Assembly (NCBI RefSeq): GCF_000014265.1
Contig: NC_008312.1
Coordinates: 7,560,001-7,592,000 of the forward strand
Source: Trichodesmium erythraeum IMS101
GTDB lineage: Bacteria; Cyanobacteriota; Cyanobacteriia; Cyanobacteriales; Microcoleaceae
DNA length: 32,000 nt
Direction: 5' to 3'
This document shows positions 27,701 through 32,000 of the stretch, in pieces. A program made the translations under genes and the position numbers. Positions within the stretch are counted from its first letter, which is position 1, and each line of letters starts with the position of its first letter. The notes beneath the pieces were generated by a model. The model did not search any database. It was not told the DNA's origin and was given only the letters and a program-made list of their open reading frames with translations.

Positions 27701-30700
27701 CCTGCTTCATAACCATAACCACTGCCTTCTATGTTAGGATCGTAATTTATATTTCCAGGACCGCTAATACCTACATAGAAACTACCTGCTTGGTATTCTT
27801 CAGTAACAATAAAAGACTGATAATCTGGGGAGTCTGGCCATGGGTTCAAAGAATATGAACCTCCTGTAGCATCAAACAGTTGCACTTCTGCTGCCCCAAT
27901 AGGTTCACCTTCTTCACCTATTAATTGTATCACCGTTGGTAAACGGACTATTTCTCCCAGGTCTAGGTGTATCTCAAACAAATCTACATCATTTGGTTGC
28001 AGTAGGTTAGTATTATCCCCTATTTCACCAAAATAGCTGAAAATACCGTGATTTTTCTGGGTTAGTCCCGTCTGAGTTGCCCGTGCTATAGTATCATTAG
28101 GTTCTTCGTAAAAGTCTTCATTAACGAATGCCAAACCCCCACCATATTCTATTCCCGTATCGCCAAGCACAGTTACAACTGCAGTTGATACATCTATCTC
28201 GTAAAGTAAAGTATCCCCATCTCGTTTAGCATATAACACATTTTTCTCTGTATCAAAGGCTAATCCTACATTCTGCCATTGGTAGATTCCCGTTTTTCCA
28301 ATTATAGACCAATCATCAGTATTGGGGTTGTAGAACATCAAATCTTCACTAGGACCCAACCCATATACTCCTTCGTTACCAAAAGCTAATCCATCTAGTG
28401 AACCGGGGGAGCCTAGGTAAGAAATTGGCTCTCCTGTATTGGGGTTGATGGTATGCAAATTATAACCATCTGTTCCATAGAGAATATTTCTGGAGCTATC
28501 GTATGCTAGTCCGTTATAATAAAAAGGGTTATTACTAATTTGATTAGCAACGCTACCATCAGCATTAATTTTGAATAAGGACTCATTACTACCATAGATG
28601 AAGCTTGAAGATTCGCTGGGAGCTAAACCTCTCATCCACATTTGATTTCCGTTAATGGTGACAGGAGTAGCATTACCTGTAGTTGTATTCAGAGTGTATA
28701 AACCATCTCCATAATAATCTGAACTAAAGTACAATTTGCCTTTAGAGACATGATCAACTAATGCTAAACCACCACCATCTGCTATTCCTGTATCTCCAAT
28801 ACTCTGAATTTGTCCCGTTGAAGCATCTATCTCATAAAGTAAAGTATCACCATCTCGTTTAGCATATAAGACATTTTGCTCTGTATCAAAGGCTAATCCT
28901 ACATTATTCCATTCAGAGATTCCCGTATATCCAATTACAGACCAATAATTAGTCTTAGGGTTGTAGAACATCAAATCTGCACTAGAACCCAACCCATATA
29001 CTCCTTCGTTACCAAAAGCTAATCCATCTAGTGAACCGGGGGACCCTAGGTAAGAAATTGGCTCTCCTGTCTTGGGGTTAATGCTATAGAAATCATAACC
29101 ATTTGTTCCATAGAGAATATTTCTGGAGTCATCATATGCTAGTCCTTCATATCCTCCATAACTAGAAAATGGATTAGCAACACTGCCATTAGTATTGATT
29201 TTTAAGAACTCGTAATTGTTACTACCATAGAGGAAACCTGAAGAGTCGCTGGGAGCTAGACCACTGTTTCCCATCAAATAATTATCATTGCTAAAAGGAG
29301 TAGCATTACCTGTGGTTGTATTGAGAGTGTAGAAACCTTCATTATCTGAGCTAAAGTACAGTTGAGCTTTTCTAGTTCCAGTACCTCCCATCTCCCGACC
29401 AATAGTTTCAATAGTTATGCCATAGCTACGTATTTCATCATAACCATGACCACTACCACTGCCTTCTATGTTAGGATTGTAATTTGTGTTTCCAGGACCG
29501 CTAATACCTACATAGAAACTACCTGCTTGATCTTCTTCAGTAACAATAAAAGAGTGATACTCTGGCGAGCCTGGAGAGCCTGGCCATGAGTTCAAAGAAT
29601 GTAAATTTCCTGTAGCATCAAACAGTTGCACTTCGGCATTCATAATAGGTTCACCTTCTTCACCTATTAATTGTATTACCCTTGGTAAACGGACTCTTTC
29701 TCCCAAGTCTAGGTGTATTTCAAACAAATCTACATCATTTTGTGGCAGTATATTAGTATTATCGCCGATTTCACCAACATAGCTAAAAATACCGTGGTTT
29801 TTCTTGGTCAGTCCGGTCTGAGTCGCTCGTTGTATAGTATCATTGGATTCTTTGTAAAAGTCTTCATTAATGAATGCTAAACCCCCACCATCTTCTATCC
29901 CCGTATCCCCCAGGACAGTCACTCCTGCTGTTGATACATCTATCTCGTAAAGTAAAGTATCCCCATCTCGTTTAGCATATAAGACATTTTTCTCTGTATC
30001 AAAGGCTAATCCTACATTATTCCATTCGGAGATTCCCGTATCTCCAATTACAGACCAATCATCAGTATTGGGGTTGTAGAACATCAAATCTTTATTAGAA
30101 CCCAACCCATATACTCCTTCGTTACCAAAGGCTAATCCATGTAGTGAACTGAAAGGGGAGCTTAGGTTAGAAATTGGCTCTCCTGTATTGGGGTTGATCC
30201 TATAGAAATCATTACCATTTGTTCCATAGAGAATATTTTTGGAACTATCGTATGCTAGTCCGTCATAGTTAGAAGGATAGTCATCACTAATTTGATTAGC
30301 AACGCTACCATCAGCATTGATTTTGGATAAGTGCCAATTACCACCATAGATGAAATTTGAAGATTCGCTGGGAGCTAAACCATCCCATTGAAAATTTGGA
30401 TCAGTGGTCAAAAGACGAGTAGCATTACCTGTTTTTCTATTGAGAGTGTATAAATCTTCAGTATTGCCTGAGCTAAAGTACAATTTACCTTTAGCACCTC
30501 CTATCTGACGACCAATAGTTTCAATAGTCAAGTCATATTTTCCAGGAGTTCCTGGACTACCGCTACCTTCTTGCTCAAAGTTATAATTCGTGTTACCATC
30601 ACCGCTAATACCAACATAGAAAGTCCCCGCCTGGTTAGCTTGGTAAATAATATAGTTCGGGTCAACAGGATCATATAACTCCAAGAGCTTCGAGTTATCA

Positions 30701-30924
30701 AACATTTTTAATTCTGCATCACCAATATTATTGTCGTTTTCGTCTAACAAATCAATAGTTTTTGGTAACCGGAGGCGATCGCCTACACCTAAGTCGAACT
30801 TAAATAAATCAACATCTTTCTCAGGGTCAACATTAGGGTTATCTCCAATTTCACCAGAATAGGTAAAAGTACCATCATCACGAAGAGTTAGTCCAGTATG
30901 AATAGCACGAATAGGAAATGTCAT
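21799..30924 (-). CDS. Giant (3041 aa) multi-repeat extracellular-type protein: 12 PPC-like domains, 4 beta-propeller-like modules, Calx-beta-like module, 6 FG-GAP/VCBS-like repeats
   Basis: Single uninterrupted ORF. PPC-like units follow (E)PNDT..ATDTGL...G.VGDN...DVDLFKFDL..GE.V...LFDSTG......AGTFYLGISG.GN..YDPN.EGSG.G...G.Y.LTIET. Propeller modules follow KLYFSS..LYTLN..TGNAT...GLA...ILYGTNG..FY.INPNTGEP...GLAFGNEGVYGLG..DLMFYNPNTDDWSVIG... The C-terminus has six copies of DFNTDGVADILWRTENGANKIWLMKNDGTRDSIVNPGGFHSDWDVAGVA. No N-terminal signal peptide is visible. Confidence 0.9.
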   Translation of the reverse strand: MTFPIRAIHTGLTLRDDGTFTYSGEIGDNPNVDPEKDVDLFKFDLGVGDRLRLPKTIDLLDENDNNIGDAELKMFDNSKLLELYDPVDPNYIIYQANQAGTFYVGISGDGNTNYNFEQEGSGSPGTPGKYDLTIETIGRQIGGAKGKLYFSSGNTEDLYTLNRKTGNATRLLTTDPNFQWDGLAPSESSNFIYGGNWHLSKINADGSVANQISDDYPSNYDGLAYDSSKNILYGTNGNDFYRINPNTGEPISNLSSPFSSLHGLAFGNEGVYGLGSNKDLMFYNPNTDDWSVIGDTGISEWNNVGLAFDTEKNVLYAKRDGDTLLYEIDVSTAGVTVLGDTGIEDGGGLAFINEDFYKESNDTIQRATQTGLTKKNHGIFSYVGEIGDNTNILPQNDVDLFEIHLDLGERVRLPRVIQLIGEEGEPIMNAEVQLFDATGNLHSLNSWPGSPGSPEYHSFIVTEEDQAGSFYVGISGPGNTNYNPNIEGSGSGHGYDEIRSYGITIETIGREMGGTGTRKAQLYFSSDNEGFYTLNTTTGNATPFSNDNYLMGNSGLAPSDSSGFLYGSNNYEFLKINTNGSVANPFSSYGGYEGLAYDDSRNILYGTNGYDFYSINPKTGEPISYLGSPGSLDGLAFGNEGVYGLGSSADLMFYNPKTNYWSVIGYTGISEWNNVGLAFDTEQNVLYAKRDGDTLLYEIDASTGQIQSIGDTGIADGGGLALVDHVSKGKLYFSSDYYGDGLYTLNTTTGNATPVTINGNQMWMRGLAPSESSSFIYGSNESLFKINADGSVANQISNNPFYYNGLAYDSSRNILYGTDGYNLHTINPNTGEPISYLGSPGSLDGLAFGNEGVYGLGPSEDLMFYNPNTDDWSIIGKTGIYQWQNVGLAFDTEKNVLYAKRDGDTLLYEIDVSTAVVTVLGDTGIEYGGGLAFVNEDFYEEPNDTIARATQTGLTQKNHGIFSYFGEIGDNTNLLQPNDVDLFEIHLDLGEIVRLPTVIQLIGEEGEPIGAAEVQLFDATGGSYSLNPWPDSPDYQSFIVTEEYQAGSFYVGISGPGNINYDPNIEGSGYGYEAGSYGLTIETIGRQMGQIESERLFAFKDDGSNQIVELNPETGEEINNFLAPETFSSESKGLAFDGNSLFFVENNGYSTKLWELNPDTGAVRDSDPISDYGVFEGLAVLEGKVYILDYGDGDILEFDPVIDEVTRTLDIDGINNFPVSLSRGLAGITGPNALLAINEYPEQLLEINPTTGLVTNSFSISNNSNGVAVVDNEIYIGNNSSANIDVFDRFGTLLRTINNYPISALGGDDVVSIIFKEPNDTITRATHTGLTLTNPGTYTYSGKIGDNTNLLQQHDVDLFKFDLDAGETVSLSSNVEILDDDGNFVGNAEIRLFDSTGSHISLSSYPDPNSLTYQALEIGTFYLGISGTGNTNYDPNIEGSGYGSIAGNYDLTIETTGSRIGDEPNDTLAEATDTGLSLTNPGIYTFSGQVGDNSNILQEEDVDLFKFDLDIGEEVNFNLPELWVDNENPNGQATVRLFDSTGYEISWDYWDYGPEPGGTFWTPEAGTFYLGISGDGNSYYDPNTEGSGYGYNFGSYELTIETIGRTMGNEEPNDTLTEATDTGLSLTNPGIYTFSGQVGDNSNILQEEDVDLFKFDLDIGEEVNFNLPELWVDNENPNGPATVRVFDSTGYEISWDYWDYGPEPGGTFRTAEAGTFYLGISGDGNSYYDPNTEGSGYGYNFGSYELTIETIGRTMGNEEPNDTLTEATDTGLSLTNPGIYTFSGQVGDNSNILQEEDVDLFKFDLDIGEEVNFNLPELWVDNENPNGPATVRLFDSTGYEISWDYWDYGPEPGGTFWTPEAGTFYLGISGDGNSYYDPNTEGSGSGSNFGSYELTIETIDRTMGDGEPNDTLTEATDTGLSLTNPGIYTFSGQVGDNSNILQEEDVDLFKFDLDIGEEVNFNLPELLDENNSPIGQATVRLFDSTGIEIDWDYGTEAGTGTFLTPEAGTFYLGISGDGNISYDPNTEGSGSGSNFGSYELTIETIDKTMGDGEPNDTLTEATDTGLSLTNPGIYTFSGQVGDNSNILQEEDVDLFKFDLDIGEEVNFNLPELLDENNSPIGQATVRLFDSTGIEIDWDYGTEAGTGTFLTPEPGTFYLGISGDGNISYDPNTEGSGSGSNFGSYELTIETIDRTMGDGEPNDTLTEATDTGLSLTNPGIYTFSGQVGDNSNILQEEDVDLFKFDLYIGEKVNFNLPELFDEKNMPMGMATARVFDSTGNEIPRNPGSEPGQGTFSAPETGTFYLGISGEMNSSYDPNTEGSGYGSGFGSYDLTIETMGRTMGNEEANDILTDATDTGLNLTNPGIYNFSGEVGDNSNILQEEDVDLFKFDLYIGEKVNFNLPELFDEKNMPMGMATVRVFDSTGNEIPTNPGSEPGQGTFSAPETGTFYLGISGDGNSSYDPNTEGSGSGLGFGSYDLTIETMGRTMGNEEANDILTDATDTGLNLTNPGIYNFSGEVGDNTNILQEEDVDLFKFDLYIGEKVNFNLPELFDEKNMPMGMATVRVFDSTGNEIPRNPGSEPGQGTFSAPETGTFYLGISGEMNSSYDPNTEGSGSGSGFGSYELTIETTITTSTPGVTITETDGSTDVTEGGTTDTYQIVLETEPTSDVTIDFTTDAEVKKINSITFTDANWDTPQTITVEAEKDRENESYHTSIISHNVSNSDGDYNGISISDVTVNITENKAPVQFDFNADGVADILWRTENGANKIWLMKNDGTRDSIVNPGGFHSNWDVAGVADFNTDGVADILWRTENGANKIWLMKNDGTRDSIVNPGGFHSDWDVAGVADFNTDGVADILWRHENVANKIWLMKNDGTRDSIVNPGGFHSDWDVAGVADFNTDGVADILWRTENGANKIWLMKNDGTRDSIVNSGGFHSNWDVAGVADFNTDGVADILWRTENGANKIWLMKNDGTRDSIVNPGGFHSDWDVAGVADFNTDGVADILWRTENVANKIWLMKDDGTRDTIVNPGGFHSNWDVVGM
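21802..22680 (-). repeat. Six near-identical 141-bp coding repeats (FG-GAP/VCBS-like, 47 aa)
   Basis: Exact 141-bp periodicity with only scattered substitutions (RTENGANK, RHENVANK and RTENVANK variants). Confidence 0.95.
23045..26985 (-). repeat. Nine consecutive PPC-like domain coding repeats in blocks: 3 x 438 bp, 2 x 420 bp, 3 x 444 bp, 1 diverged
   Basis: Domain boundaries (…LTIET…MG../EPNDT) fall near 23460, 23900, 24345, 24765, 25205, 25650, 26093 and 26537. Copies within a block are almost identical at the DNA level. Confidence 0.9.
27660..30500 (-). repeat. Duplicated supermodules (propeller module about 215 aa x3, PPC-like x2) in the N-terminal third of the giant gene
   Basis: Three paralogous propeller segments (about 29860-30500, 28750-29390, 28100-28750). 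Two paralogous PPC segments (about 29390-29860, 27660-28100). Long identical peptide runs occur, for example NVGLAFDTEKNVLYAKRDGDTLLYEIDVSTA. Confidence 0.85.
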
Positions 30925-31516
30925 TAGGTTCTTTTATCATTATGAATAATCCTATAAATTCTACAACTACCAATATCGGGGTTACTATCTAATTAAGCAT
31001 CGAGGCTCATCTTCAAGGTCACCAAACCCTTTGAGCAACTGATAAAAGCATGAAAATGAAAAACTTGCTGTCCTCAAATAAATACATTTTTTTACCAGTC
31101 AATATTAGTACCACTGACATCAAAAACTTTACTTTTGACTACACTGATTTTAAATATATTATATCAGACAATGTCTTGTTTTTATAACAAGTTAAATAAA
31201 ATTAAAGATTTTTGACATCCTCTCTTGAGTTTTTTTTCGATATCGATATTACACCTACCTCCTCTTGCTTCCTTCTTGCGAAAGAATAGAGTACAGTTAT
31301 ACCTCCTTCCTTGTACATTTTTTGTCTCAGAATGCCCACATAAGATTTATTAACTCTATTATATTATTATATTATAATACTATGTACTTAAAACAACAAC
31401 CCAAATTTATAAATTTATTGATCAAATGGGGAAAGTTTTGGTCCTTATGTAAAAATTATGTTGCAACTCAACAGGGTAGGGACTTGTAGACTTTTACATC
31501 ACATTACAACCACCTG

Positions 31517-31565
31517 ATCAGTTTTCAATTATCAGTTTTCAGTTACCAGTTTTTAGTTTTTGATA
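31517..31565. repeat. Degenerate heptamer-type repeat (CAGTTTT / CAGTTAC / TAGTTTT)
   Basis: atcagttttcaattatcagttttcagttaccagtttttagtttttgat, about 110 bp upstream of the trypco2-like gene. Confidence 0.7.
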
Positions 31566-31677
31566 ACCCATTTATTGGTGACTCAAAGTTGAAAATAATT
31601 ATTATATGTTAGTTTTTGATAATTTGATATGACATCCTAAAATAAATACCAGTTAAACTTACCAATAATAATTACAT

Positions 31678-31992
31678 ATGGCCACGAGATTAATTGAGTT
31701 AGAAGGTGGTATTTTGGTTGAGGCAGAAGTTTCCGAAAATGAAGCCCAGCCTATTTCTAGTAATGAAATTAAAGCAGTTAAATCTACTTTTGCTAGGGTT
31801 AAACCTATATTAATTAGTATTAGCCGCCCTATTGCTGAAGCTTGGCAAGAAATTAATCAAGATATGGAAGTAGAACACGCTGAAGTTGAAGTAGGTTTTA
31901 ATTTTGAGGGGGAGGGTAATGTTGATGTTGCGAAAGCCAAGACTGGTAAAAATTTAAAGGTTAAGTTAGTTCTCAAACCTAAAAAAATCTGA
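31678..31992 (+). CDS. Trypco2-like (trypsin-co-occurring domain 2 / CU044_2847-like) small protein
   Basis: 104 aa. MATRLIELEGGILVEAEVSE... ...FARVKPILISISRPIAEAW......EVEHAEVEVGFNFEGEGNVDVAKAKTGKNLKVKLVLKP matches the family pattern as I remember it: N-terminal beta strand, then a C-terminal EVEVEFG...A.....A.A....N..V.L... segment. A new ATG at 31995, 2 nt after the stop, begins a downstream gene that is cut off by the window edge. Confidence 0.65.
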   Translation: MATRLIELEGGILVEAEVSENEAQPISSNEIKAVKSTFARVKPILISISRPIAEAWQEINQDMEVEHAEVEVGFNFEGEGNVDVAKAKTGKNLKVKLVLKPKKI

Positions 31993-32000
31993 GAATGAGT

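Noticed and set aside
21860-29589. Plus-strand ORFs (21860-22348, 22358-22747, 22561-22926, 27131-27358, 29362-29589) and out-of-frame minus-strand ORFs (23118-23309, 23490-23747, 23994-24185, 25242-25466, 25686-25910, 26130-26354)
   Set aside because: All lie inside the 9.1-kb giant gene. They recur only because the underlying coding repeats recur.
31265-31489. 74-aa plus-strand ORF (TTG start)
   Set aside because: It lies in an AT-rich spacer, its product is low-complexity, and there is no RBS or family resemblance.

Overview
AT-rich cyanobacterial chromosome segment. Support: at least 8 perfect HIP1 octamers GCGATCGC, a cyanobacterial-type tmRNA tag, chlD, a PEP-CTERM protein and a DUF1822 protein. 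Long repeat-rich spacers give it a Trichodesmium-like style, but the species cannot be proven from this window. Left third (1-7707, all minus strand): a lipoprotein with a vWA fold, a 4-TM protein, a sigma-70-like HTH protein, a DUF1822 protein, and a large TPR protein that runs off the left edge. That TPR gene is missing from the supplied ORF track; its sequence ends inside the linker that normally precedes a CHAT (caspase-like) domain. I rate this cluster the best candidate for an uncharacterised system. Directly upstream (7767-9990) lies a ~2.2 kb array of about 24 copies of a 91-93 bp unit, and each unit carries a 16-codon mini-ORF. Middle: housekeeping genes (hpnJ-like radical SAM enzyme, LpxB-related glycosyltransferase, tmRNA, PEP-CTERM protein, Mg-chelatase ChlD), three tandem copies of a structured sRNA-like cassette, and a small zone of gene decay (RDD pseudogene, degenerate pilin). 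Right third: a 3041-aa multi-repeat surface-type protein (12 PPC-like domains, beta-propeller modules, six FG-GAP/VCBS-like repeats). At the right edge sits a small trypco2-like gene that usually starts another conflict-type operon. All family assignments come from my own reading of the translations. No database search was run.
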